A DNA stretch of 64,000 bases. Source: Paraspadella gotoi (lineage: Eukaryota > Animalia > Chaetognatha). The stretch is from positions 2,099,380 to 2,163,379 of the forward strand of contig CM119266.1 of NCBI GenBank assembly GCA_051294375.1. Reading direction: 5' to 3'. Shown here piece by piece: positions 14,401 to 25,990 of this stretch (position 1 is the first letter of the stretch; each line of letters begins with the position of its first letter). The position numbers and the translations under genes are program-made. The notes under the pieces are model-generated. The model ran no database searches. It was not told the origin of the DNA and saw only the letters and a list, made by a program, of their open reading frames with translations.

Positions 14401-15416
14401 CTGAATCTGAGTTTAAAAATAACGAATTCCCCCGAATTGTCATACTTTTACTTCCTGTAACCCAAAGTGGAGCTACGAACTCACGACCCTGGGATTAAGG
14501 ATTAGTAATACCTCACAGAGTTGCCATCCAGGGCTCCAATAACGTTGTCGAGATAATACGTCGCATCTGCTGGGTATCTCGCCCACACATCGTCGGTGGA
14601 ATTGTTTTTGTAGAAATTAATAAACTCCAAAAAAGGGTATTTCTTGAACGGGCTCTATTAACGAAGAATTTTTCATAAAACGATTGACTTACGAACCTCG
14701 TAATTTTTTTTGTAAAATAAGATACATGTATGGCAGTATATGGTGGATGTGAGCTGTGTGAATATACCGCCAAACATCTATGTATACATAAAAAGTTCAC
14801 AAAAAACATTCAACTTTCAAAATTTTCTCAACAAATGAAAAATTAACAATATCATTTACCTTTTCTATATATTTTGTCATCATTTTTGTCATTTATCTTG
14901 GTCATTAGCTTTTGTCATTTACCTTTGGGCAGATTGTGACGACGGGAAGGGGCGGGGAATTCGCTCGCTCACTGGATAATTTAGTGTTGACAGAGAATTT
15001 ACCAAAAGCCACGGCAGAATTGTAAATGTTCCAAACCTAACACCAAAGCAAACAATATTAAAATAATCAATTTAATCTGTAAGCATTGACTTCATCTTAC
15101 CATAGGAATCAGTAAAGCAATGGTGAGCAGCAGCCAAAATGTCCAAAGGCACCAAGTGGCCGAATCGTTCATCTGCGAGAGGCCATGATGGCTGTAGGAC
15201 CAAGTAAACTGGGTCTGCTTGAAGGCCTGTTTGAGAAAAGAAATGGCATTGTTTTTTTGTTTTTCGTTTTTGTTTTTTTTTTAATATTCAGAAACGAAAT
15301 CCAGCGAATTTTCCCTTAATTAATCTTAAGATTTTTAATTTTCCGCAAACATAAAAAATACAGTATTCCAGAAGGGATCTCACCTTACTGTTATTTTTGG
15401 ATGTAGCAGAGGACAT
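11474..15416 (-). CDS. DEG/ENaC (amiloride-sensitive sodium channel family) gene A, 9 exons, ~489 aa; carries a frameshift and an in-frame stop as assembled
   Basis: Exons with GT-AG ends: 15384-15416, 15101-15226, 14923-15036, 14512-14654, 13966-14188, 13729-13857, 12180-12506, 11867-12048, 11474-11667. Motifs: pre-TM1 SHHGL; TM1 WCLWTFWLLLTIALLIPM; LPVVTICP (FPAVTICN variant); HGRCFRLN (YGNCYTFN variant); Cys-rich thumb; TM2 LIGDIGGQLGLWCGMSIMTIFE. Confidence 0.93.
12578..13566. mobile_element. ~1 kb palindromic (foldback/MITE) element in intron 6 of ENaC gene A
   Basis: The arms are inverted throughout, e.g. GAGGTACATAGCTATTTTAGTGTA (~12623) vs TACACTAAAATAGCTATGTACCTC (~13501), and ATATTTTGGTAAGTTTATTT vs AAATAAACTTACCAAAATAT. 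Centre near 13070. Confidence 0.85.
14461..14499 (-). pseudogene. Degenerate 3'-half fragment of a tRNA-Lys(CTT)-like sequence in intron 4 of ENaC gene A
   Basis: Minus strand reads CTTAATCCCAGGGTCGTGAGTTCGTAGCTCCACTTTGGG, close to the eukaryotic tRNA-Lys(CUU) 3' half CTTAATCCCAGGGTCGTGGGTTCGAGCCCCACGTTGGGCG (recalled, not searched). Confidence 0.65.
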
Positions 15417-15706
15417 TTTTTTATGATGAATAATAAATCACCAATTTATTATTTTGTTTTCTTGTATTTTGTTTAAACAACTGTTTCAATGAGTCATAAA
15501 AAAAAAAAGATTTCCCCTGCAGGCGACGAAAAGATATGTTTCAGGTAAGATACAATCAGCGCGGATAAAGGTAAGTCGAGAAAGTAAGTTTAAAGTAATG
15601 AGAGGAAAAAAAATCATGAGCGAAGTCGATGACGAAACGCCACGCGAGTCGATTGATCCAGAAGGGAAAACACGCCAACCTGTTTTGTTCAAGGGTTATT
15701 AAAATG

Positions 15707-15786
<80 letters not shown>

Positions 15787-16858
15787 CATCTCTCTCCGTG
15801 TCAAATATTGTTTATAGAGCATTTGATTACTCTTTTTTGACTCTTAGAAACAAAATTTTTTTTAAATTTCGGCCAATGAACTTCTGCTATAAAGCAACAA
15901 ATTAGTAGATTAACTCTGAAAGGATAATAGGATTTTGAAATCATTTCTTATTTTTATTTTTACATTTTAACTCTTGATCAATTTGGGGGTCTCCATTTCT
16001 GGGTAATCAACCGTTGACGCCGTAAAATGAAGAGGAATACGTTCGATATTTTCGATCCGGTTTCAAAGCAGAAATCTAATCGTCTCGACTCGAGTTGTTA
16101 CTTTTATCGATTTCATCTACATTTATTCATTTATTGACATTTATTCATCGATATTTACAAAACTTTATCTTTTATCTACCATTATCTACATCTATAATTT
16201 ATCATCGTTTATCTACCTTTATCGAATCGTCAAGTTGTCTCATTCATCTTCAAATTCAGAATCTGTTTTGCAAAATATGATTGATTAAAAACCCTTCTTT
16301 GATTTAATGGATTTAATGCAATAAAACATCGTGATTTCTTATTAAAACAATGGTTTGAGCTCAGTTTAAAGTGGCTTCGTTGCTTTTGGTACGAAAAAAA
16401 ATAAAGATGGTAAAAATTATTAAAGAAAATTGAATATCAACTTTTTTCCCATTGTCGTTGAAATCGTATGCTTTACAGGTTTCCTTTGTTGGGTCCAAAA
16501 CAATTCCGGTTCACAGAAAAGTGTCCGGCTCTTGACTTGGAATCATCCAAGACCTTCATTGTTGACAAAGAAGAGTCCCACAACACAAACAAAAACGTGG
16601 ACGCAAAAAACAAAAGTAAAAATTGATTTCTTGAATCTAATCAAATTTAAAAATTGAATTTTATTTTTTAAACTAATGGTTAGTTGCGACCAAGTTGCCA
16701 GTAAAGCAAAATCGAAATTTTCATTTGAAGAGACAGCATGTAAAATTGTTAACATACTTCACTAGTACAGTAAAACAGAATTATAAGTTACAAAAAAAGT
16801 TCGAATATAAACGAAGGACTTTTCGCTAAAAGTGACCAATAAGAAAGCAATTGCTCGG

Positions 16859-19800
16859 TCAGTTTTGTTTAAAAATATCTTGATACTTTTCGTCTTCGGT
16901 GCTAAAGTCGGCTTTTCCTCTTTTCCGGCAGCAAATGTAAGCGAGGATGATTAATTCAAAAATGGTCATGATGGACATTCCGCACCAGAGGCCAAGTTGG
17001 CCTCCGATGTCGCCGATGAGGCCCTCGGGAGTTTTGGCCGGCTCTTCGGTTACGATTGTCACCTCCAGATCTGAGGACAATTTTGAGATTTGACATTTGA
17101 AAATAATGCAAAATGTTTCACCCCATGATGCTAGATCATTAATTAATCTTTGTGTTAATGATAGAATATAACAGTATATATACTTCACGAGCAACACCTG
17201 AGTAGAATATGTTTAAAGTGAGAAAGGAGTTTTTGGCGAGTCCCATTTCATTGGCCAATCTCGCGTATTTGTCCACCTCCAAAATCGGAGGCAGGAATTC
17301 CGAGACGACGTCTTGTGTCCAGGATTCGGAGTCGCATCGCGTTCGGCAAATCTGGTCGCAGGCAAACTGCTCGTTTTGGCTGAAATCAAAATCGACCAAT
17401 CGAGAGTAAATATGGAGAAACCAATGAAGAATACAAGATTTAGTTTGAAGAGGTTTGGTGTGAAATTTGTGCAACCGATATAAAAATTAGCCATTTATTC
17501 AATTAATGAGCTACATAGCCTCTGACTTTAGACGGTAAAGACCAAAATATTAATATAGTCTTTCACAATTTACTAACTCTCCGTGTATCTGGATTTCCCA
17601 TACTTTTTCTCAAATATTAAATTATTTTGCTTACATTCCCGATACATAGTATGTATAATTGCAGCTAGGTTCCTTGAACGTTTTTCCCAAAGGCACCAAA
17701 TCTTCGAACTGAAAGATGATGCATCCGTGACGGAGTTTCGTTCGCTGTAACAGACAAATTTGTTCGCAACTATTTTTCGAATAAGTCTTCTTCTTGAGTA
17801 ACGCGGCAAAGTTTTTCAGCTGGTCGGGATATTCCATCATGCAATCACTCCAAGGCCATTTCGCCTCCTTGTGAAGTTCGCGTTTCTTGAGGCCTATCTG
17901 AACGGCTTGCGCCATGCCGATGTCTTTTCCGTTTTCCATTACTCTCAATTCTTTTTCTGGACTGGGAAGAACAAGAAAAGTTGTATAATTCTTTGGTTTT
18001 TTTTTCACATGTTATAATGGAATTATTTAAGAGAAAACAAAGATATGTTCTTTACAAACAACAAGTTTTAAACATTAAACTCATTTTTTCTAGTTTTTTT
18101 TTCAGCTCGAAAAGAAAATGGAAATTTTAAAGATGGTTAATTTGTAAAGTTCTGGAAATAGCGTTTATTATTTTACCCGCTCAAAACCACCTTGAAGCCA
18201 CTCCAAATGCTGAAATAGTCAAACACATCCAGATAGTCTGATCCGTTTGTTTTGAGCGCCACGCGAATTCCGGCATCAGGACCAGAAAATAGAGCAATAG
18301 CTTTCTGTTAAAATACAAAAATCGAAAAGAGTTTTGCGATTTTTTTCTTAAAGTTCCACGAGACCACGAGACCTGATTTTGATTGAGTCTGAAGCACCTT
18401 CCGTGAAACGCGTGAGCCACCACATCGACGTCTTCACAAATATCTTTCGGGTCCCCCAAAAGTATTTGCTCTTTCTCAGTAACGAAAGCGACGTAAGAAA
18501 ACAAGTCCTGACAAGTCCACGAGATGCGTTCCCGCCAATCGGGGTCGAAGTGAAAGAGGTGGTAGAGAAAGGCTTCGGGGCGGACAAAGGCGTTGCTGAA
18601 GATGAATGTAAATATTATTATAAATAAGAACATAGAATAAGGTGAACAAATTAACAGTAAGATGAAGATTATTAAAATTATTAAAATTATTAAAATTATT
18701 ACTATTATTAATATTATTAAATTTCAATTAACCCCTGAATTTCTCATTAACTATAAGCGCAACTGAAAACGTATGACTCATACGTTTTATGAGTGAACAG
18801 TAAAGCGTAGCAAAAATATTAAAATCAAGTAGAATCAAAATTTGAATAGTAGATTATGAACAGGCTTGTACCTGTGAACATTTTTAAATAAAAAAAAATT
18901 ATTTTTTATTTTTTAATTTTCACATACGCCCATATTTTTATATATATTTATATGTATATACATAGTACTCACCATAAAAAATGTTCAAATTTAAAAATTT
19001 TTTTCCCTATTTTTTAAAGCAAATTCGAATTCCTCACCAAAATTTGATAAAAAGAAATATAACTCTTTTTAGAAAATTATTTCATTAAGTGGGTCAAAAT
19101 CCTAAAAAACTGTTATAGTTAACCTATAATTTAGTTTTAGAATAAAAAATATAGTTTTTTTTTAATTTTCAACTAACTTAATGAGGAATTCGAATCTGCT
19201 TTCAAAACTTGAAAAAAAGATTTTTAAATTTGGACAGTTTTTATGGTAAGTACTATGTATAAATATGGGCGTATGCAAAAATTGATAAATTATTTTTTTT
19301 TTATACATCAATGTATTTTCATCTGCAACTTTCACTCCGCCTTAGTGAACAGAGTTTGACGTATTACTTAAAAATTAGGAAGTATTTTATTTGAAGTATT
19401 TGAAGAACTATGAAATACTAGATATCTTATTAGATTCCAAGTTCTTCTCGCAATTTATCTGAGATAAAAATTTTTACACTCCAAGATTTAAATTTATAAA
19501 ACTTACCCAGTTCCTCCTTCTAAATATAGAATGACTGTGTTCAAATATTCCAAGGCTTCTTTGGGATAACGATTCCATGAGGGATCATCTTTGTTTCTCT
19601 TGTAGAAATTGATCAGTTCTAAAAATGGGGCTTTCTTAAAAGGGGCCTGTTAAAAAACATACAAGTAAATTCTAAAGTATTTGTGGTTTGTTTGACTTAT
19701 ACGCTATTTTTTTTATTCAAATTTTTCTTCTAATTAATTACACCGAGTAATATTTCAATTTTTGGAATGCAACGAAAAATGATGCATGAAATTAAAATCA

Positions 19801-20463
19801 TTCTCAAGAGATATAGTTTTGCGTATCAAAGAATTATTTAATACCAGTTAAGCTATAATAATAATAATAGTAATAATAATAATAATAATATAATAATAAT
19901 AAGCTATAAACAAATTGTTACAATTAATATTTGAGGTCTAGGCTTCCATACCTTGGGGCAGATTGTGACAACAGGGAGTGAAGGGGTCGACCTAAATTCC
20001 ATCTTGTAGTGAGTGGCGACATCATATTTGCCAAAAGCGACTATTGAATTGTGGATGTTCCAAATCTGTTTTGAAAATTGTTTTGAAAATCAAATATGTA
20101 CAATTAACTACAGTTACTATAGTTGAGAAAGTAAAAAATCGTGATTCTAAACTGGCCATTGGAATCTGCAAAACGATGGTGAGAAAAAGCCAAAATGCCC
20201 AAATAGAAAACGATGAGGCCTCGTTCATCTTCGAGAGTCCATGATGACTGTAGGACCAGTTAATTTGCGACTGTTTGTATCCCTCCTGGAAGTAGGAACG
20301 CCATATTGCAAAATATCTTAATAAACGTTATCAAAAAGTATTGTTTTTTTAATTTTTAAGTTTTTAAGTTTTATTTTCCTCTTATTAGATCATTATTATT
20401 AATTAGTTATTAATCGTTTTGTACTCTCACCTTCCAATCGGTTTTTTCGTCAACGTGAAGCAT
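16859..20463 (-). CDS. DEG/ENaC gene B, 9 exons, ~495 aa, apparently intact
   Basis: Exons 20431-20463, 20157-20285, 19952-20065, 19507-19646, 18373-18595, 18177-18304, 17635-17961, 17198-17379, 16859-17070. Phases join in frame and intron positions match gene A. Same motifs (SHHGL, LPVVTICP, HGRCFRLN, LIGDIGGQLGLWCGMSIMTIFE). Intron 2 needs a GC donor. Confidence 0.94.
18918..19283. mobile_element. Palindromic MITE in intron 4 of ENaC gene B
   Basis: CATACGCCCATATTT...ATACATAGTACTCACCATAAAAA is inverted against TTTTTATGGTAAGTACTATGTATAAATATGGGCGTATG. The AT-rich core resembles cores near 12950-13190, 24950-25340 and 59290-59620. Confidence 0.75.
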
Positions 20464-20640
20464 TTTTCTATGTAATCAAATTCCCCAAAATTTGAAAATT
20501 GTAGTTTATGCAAATATTTGTAACATTTGATATCTAATTGAGGTTTAATTTCATGTTTTTAATAAGATAGCGCGAGACAGTTTTAAAAAAAGGATGAATC
20601 GTGAATTTTTTTTGAAAAAACCACGCTGTCTTTCTCACCA

Positions 20641-20690
<50 letters not shown>

Positions 20691-21589
20691 TCGTTCTCTT
20701 TATCTCTCGCTCTTTCTTTCTCTCTATCGATTTCATTATTTTTTTGCGAATATTTATTTAGCAACTCGGGATTTTCTGCAAGAAAGCTGGGTTTATTTGA
20801 ACAGTTTTTCTTTGTAGCCCTGGAATCTCAACCAAGATTTTTTTTTAATCAAAATTGCCCTTTTTTTACATTTCTAAGAAACTGTAGATATTTTTATTTA
20901 ACTAATTTTTAATGAAATTGAAATTAATCCTTTGCGTTTATGTCCTAAAGTATTGTCCTAAGTATTTGTCCAAACTTTAATAAAAAACAACTCAATTTTT
21001 AATTTATTTTGTAATATTTATCTAATTTATGATTGACTCATCGCACGCCCCGGTTTCCATTCCCGTTTTCCCGCCGAGCAGAACTTCGCACCCACTTCAG
21101 GTTAGTCGTTGTTTGGCTTTAAAACATAAATAAGAGAAAGAGTAGAATATGTCAGATTTAAGATTTAGGAGTAGAATACGATTTTTTAACTTTTGTTTTC
21201 GCTAAACATCAAAACTCAACGAAAAGAAAGGATTATCATAACTTTTTACATCAAATAAAATTATATGATAATCCTTTCTTTTCGTTGTAAATGTTTTTTT
21301 CTCTAAATCAAATAAAATAAAAAAGAGTAATGAGTATATGTATAGTGTATGTACCTAGTACCTACATATCTTATCCTAAATAGTAAATAATAAATTATAT
21401 TATTGATAAGAAATCTGTTCTTGATCTATATTTTTACTTCGTATTATTGAGAGTGAGTTCTCATATATTTTTCTAAATTCAGAATTATTTTTAGTCGACT
21501 CTATAATTCACTTTGTCGGTCTGTCGGTGCGCCCCCTCAATATTGTCGGGCACACACTGATATCATGTCAGAACATCAAATTATGATAT

Positions 21590-21830
21590 ATTATGCAAAA
21601 AAATGATGTATGTCCGTCCATCTGTCTGTCCGTCCGTCCTTCCGTCCGTCCGTCCGTCCGTCCGTCCCACCTTAGCAAAAAACACCAATTGCTCGTGATT
21701 GGATGGATGGATTTGAATGAAATTTTGTGTGTGGGTAGGAAAGTGTGTGATTAAGCTGGAAATCAAGTTTCGATGGAATCGACTGAGTGGAAATGAGTTT
21801 AAATGGAAAAAACAAAAAACCTGTTTCACT
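21590..21830 (+). mobile_element. (GTCY)n-containing DINE-1/Helentron-like non-autonomous repeat (duplicate near 32070-32310; similar inverted tract near 43700-43800)
   Basis: A GTCC/GTCT microsatellite followed by GGATTTGAATGAAATTTTG, an arrangement typical of DINE-1/HINE-like elements. Ends not defined. Confidence 0.5.
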
Positions 21831-22639
21831 AATTGATTATGCTACTTTTTCCTTTTATATTAAATGTAAATGAAGGAAGTATTAATTAATCAAATGATTA
21901 ATTAATTATTCATTTAATTAATCAATAATTAATTAATAAGTCAATCAAGTCAATCATTATCGGCATTATTCTCATCGTCGTCATTGCTTTTTGTCGTGGT
22001 TAGTGACAAAAAGACCTAAAAACAAACATTTAGGATTTAATTAATTAATTAATTGCCTAATTAATTAATTAATTAACTTGAATAATCTAATTATTAATTA
22101 ATTAAATAATGATCGTGGGCAGATCCGACATTGTTTTGCTCAAACTTGTTTCATTGTGTAACAAAGATTTGATTTGTAGGTTTTTGATTCATTGGGTTAT
22201 TAATGATTTTCTCATCTAAGTTTCAAAAAAAAAAAGTATAAAATCATCAAAGGCACATTAAGTCTTTCATCCAAGATTTTCTTTTTCAAAAAAAAAAAAG
22301 CCTAAAAAAATAAAGAGAGATTTCTTTTAAGATTAGCTAGAAAAGCTTCGTGCTATTTTCAGCGACTAATAATTTTAATGCATTTGTTTACGTTTTAAAA
22401 CTTCTATACATTTCATTGTTGTTGATTTTTTTGGTTTCAAATGTCAATTTCTTAATCCTTTGTTTTTTCTCTCTCATCCTCCCCCTCCCTTTTTTTCTCT
22501 CTCTTCCTTCTTTTCTTCCCTTCTTTTTTTATTTTCTCCTTTTCCTCTAATCTCTTTTTCCTTAGTTTCTTCGTTCCCTTTTCCACCTTCCCACCTTCCC
22601 ATCTCCTCTTTTCATTTGTTTTTCTCCCTCTTCAGCTTT

Positions 22640-22880
22640 CCCCCTCAACTCCTCTTTGGCTTTCTCCCAACTCCCTCTTTGGCTTTCCCCCCCAACTCCC
22701 TCTTTGGCTTTCCCCCAACTCCCTCTTTGGCTTTCCCCCAACTCCCTCTTTGGCTTTCCCCCCAACTCCCTCTTTGGCTTTCCCCCCACTCCCTCTTTGG
22801 CTTTCCCCCAACTCCCTCTTTGGCTTCCCCCCAACTCCCTCTTTGGCTTTCCCCCAACTCCTCTTTGCTTCCCCAAACTC
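22640..22880. repeat. 23-25 bp tandem minisatellite, about 10 copies (duplicate at ~33115-33350)
   Basis: Unit CCCCAACTCCCTCTTTGGCTTT(C)n, head to tail, with no unique spacers. Confidence 0.92.
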
Positions 22881-23309
22881 CCTCAAGGCCGATCAGCGCT
22901 CCATTTGCAAGTCAAACGGATCCTCTTTTTTTAGGCCGTGCCACGCCCACCAGGACGCCAACCGCCGCCACCGGCCGCCCCCTAGAGGACGCCCCCGTCG
23001 CGTCCACCCTTCTTCTTAAAAGGTGACGGCTCACAGGAGAACGCCACCGCCGCGACCTCCCATCACCTAAGACAAGACCGACGCCGCCCTGAACACGTGA
23101 CGTCAAAAGTACCGTCAACTCCCTTACCCTTTTGTCCACCGGTCGAATAAAAAAATTTGTGTTGATAAAACTGCAAAATCCAGAATCATGTAAATGTTTA
23201 AGTGATTTATTTTGTTCTCATATTTCTTTATTGAAACAATAAGTATTAACTTAATTTACAAAACAGTTTTAAACATTTGATATTCCTCTCGTCCCTTCAA
23301 CTCCCAACG

Positions 23310-24702
23310 TCAAGTCAACTGCGGCTCGATCACATTGAGGCAATCGTTTTCCGCCGACCAAAAGGCCGTCAAATTAGCGTAAGACTTGACGGGCAGACGT
23401 TCGTCGTGAAGTGCCCGACAAAGACCGCAAAAAGCCCGCCGGGCGTTGAGTGTTTGATTCCCGAAGACTTCGTAATTTTCACGCCAGTCGTGATACTCCT
23501 CGTAGCTGTGGCGGTCGGCGGCGAGGCGGATCAGTTTGTCCGCCAGTTCCTTGGGGGTAAGATCGTTGGCGTCTATGTAAGAGTGAGGCGGAGCGTCGAC
23601 CTCGTAATCGCCGCCGCCTCTGACAACGGGCACCGCCGTCGTGTTTGACAAGATTGTCCAGAATTTGGGAGCCATGTAGTCTCGACAGATGGAGTTCTCG
23701 AAGGAGAGATAGAAAAAATAGTCACGTGACAGCATCTCGTAGCATTCGGACGATCCACTCGGCGTCGTCCGCCGACACTTGAGCTTCGAGCACTCCCCGT
23801 AAATGTCTACGTCCACGAAATGACGAAGTTTCTTAACGTAGAAACGTCGTTGCGACTGACTGAGACAATGAGAAACGAACCAAGCCACCAGACGTCTTTT
23901 GTTTTTCCAGTTGTAACTCTGGTTCCACTTTTCTCCACTACTCCACGGTTCTCGCTTTGATCGATAAAATCCATGGTAGACTTCGATGTCGCTGTCCTTT
24001 CGGTAAGTCATCGTCCAGTTAAAGACGTTGTTGAAGTGGCTGGTGTTTAGGTAAGTATGAATTGGCGACTCTTGAAAGTAGAAAATCCAGCGTTGGTGGG
24101 GAAGGCGCGTTGTGGGCATGTCGTATCCGGGGACTAAGGAGAGTTTGCTTCCCTCTGGTTGCGTCGAGGAGAAACAAATGATATGAAAATTTATTAATTT
24201 CGTAGTGGGATTAAAAATAATATTTGTTGTAATAATCTCCAATAAAAACTTGTTTGTAATTTTTTTTTAAAGTTTGATTATTTTTCGATGTATTTTTGCC
24301 TTTAATTAAAAAACTGTTACAGATAAATGAGCTTTAGTACCAAACTTTTGTATCAAACTAGTTTTGATAGATTATATTATATTATGTTATATTATATTAT
24401 TATTAAATAATAATTTATTTCACTCACTTCCTTTATCTAAGTATATCCATCGACTGTGAAACAAAATAGCATCGGCCTCTTTGGTCCGACTTCGATCGTT
24501 CGAAGTCTCGCAATCTCTGACTGGACACCGCGCGTCGATGAATGGTCTCGATCCCAGGCCAAACCCGTTGTGTTCCAGATGGAAGTTGCGCTGCCAGAAG
24601 AGGATGAGTTTGCGGCGGCGTTGAGGCGTTGCAGGTTGGCGGGAGATAAAGACTTGGAGGAAGATGAGGAAGTAGAGGAGGAAGAGGAAGAGGAGGAAGA
24701 GG
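23310..24702 (-). CDS. Alpha-1,3/4-fucosyltransferase (glycosyltransferase family 10); start-codon exon not located
   Basis: Exon 24428-24702 encodes a type II anchor (LFLLFLFLLYFLIFLQVFI) then KLILFW...FGLGSRPFIDARCPVRDCETSNDRSRTKEADAILFH. A phase-1 intron joins it to exon 23310-24154 with FQESP, FNWTMTYRKDSDI, VAWFVSHC, VDIYGEC, YFFYLSFENSICRDY and VPVVRG. Confidence 0.93.
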
Positions 24703-25477
24703 CTGAGTTATTGAAGATAAAGGGAGGAAACGGGATGAGCTTAAAATATAATTATATAATAATTAAATTCGTTTAATAAATAAGCTATTTTGTCGCTGAG
24801 TTTGGACAATAGACACTGGACAGTAGGGTGAAGTGAAAGTTTGGAATCAAAATTTACCAGTTATATCTTGAAAACTATCATATTAGTGAATAATAATCTA
24901 TAGTTTTTTTTCAAATATAGTTGCCCAATCAGCTTATTTTGTATATAGTGCTACCCTTATATAATGTCAAAATTTTAAAATTTTTTTTTTAAATTCTGAG
25001 AAAAGATTCAGATTTCTCGTTTAAAAAATATAAATCTTTTTCAAAAATTATGTCATTAAGGAGGTTAAAATTATAAAAAAATATATTTTTAAGCTGGAAA
25101 TTAAAAATCGGTATCTGAAATATAGTTTTTTACATTTTTAACCAACATAATGAAATGATTTTTAAAAAAGAATTACATTCTTTTAATTCACCTTTTTGAC
25201 AGCATCTTAAAATTTAAAAATTTTTATTTTGAAATTNNNNNNNNNNATTTTTAAAAAAGAATAACATTCTTTTAATTCAACTTTTTGATAGCATCTTAAA
25301 ATTTAAAATTTTTTATTTTGAAATTTGATCCTATTATATACTTATTAGGCCTTTTCAATTATCGATGCCCCCTTGCCGTATGACGGAGCAGCGAATCTGT
25401 CTCGCTCTCTCTCTGGCTGGAGTCTGGATCGGGATCGACAAAAACGACTACGATAATTTGAACGATGCATTAATTTT

Positions 25478-25610
25478 TTAGGGTTTCGGTTAGGGATAAG
25501 GTTAGTTTAGGGATAGATATTAGGGATTAGAGTTGGGGATTAGGATTAGGGATTAGGGTTGAGATTAGGGTTGGGATTAGGGTTAGTGATTAGGGTTAGG
25601 GATTAAGGTT
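25478..25610 (+). repeat. Degenerate interstitial (TTAGGG)-like repeat tract (duplicate ~36224-36294)
   Basis: Runs of TTAGGG/ATTAGG/GTTAGG variants. Confidence 0.7.
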
Positions 25611-25940
25611 ATTTTTTCCTACGCTACTTTTACAACAAAAAAATTATGGCTTGCTGGGTGACTCATTGGTCAGGATCGGGATCGACAGAAACGATGACGA
25701 TAATTTGAACGATGGAGGAAGCATTTGCGACGGTGAGAGCGACGACAAAAGGGGTGACGCATAAAACGACGATGGAAGCGGCAAAAGATACGATTATTGT
25801 GCGTGTGTTTGAGTCCGCTGCTTCAGGAGCCGCAGCAAGGGGGCTTCTTTGAAAAAAAGTGCCTTTATTAGTTTTTATTCTCATGATATATATGCTAAAT
25901 TTTAAATTTCTAAAATTTTATTATTTTCACATCACTCTAC

Positions 25941-25990
25941 TGGACAGGCTATGGGAGGTTAAGGCTTCATGTCTCTTACAAAATGATAAC
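25941..25990 (+). repeat. Short dispersed repeat family (also ~36624-36672 +, ~48545-48592 +, ~56281-56331 -)
   Basis: Shared core TGGACAGGCT(A/T)TGG..G.TTAAG.C.TC.....CT.A.AA.GATAA at three independent loci plus the duplicated copy. Confidence 0.65.

Noticed and set aside
22640-22880. CRISPR-like array of ~24-bp repeats
   Set aside because: Units are head to tail with no unique spacers, there are no cas genes, and the context is eukaryotic. It is a minisatellite.
25663-25884. Hydrophobic ORF as the first coding exon of the fucosyltransferase
   Set aside because: It ends in a stop with no suitable phase-2 donor found, and the membrane anchor is already encoded in exon 24428-24702.
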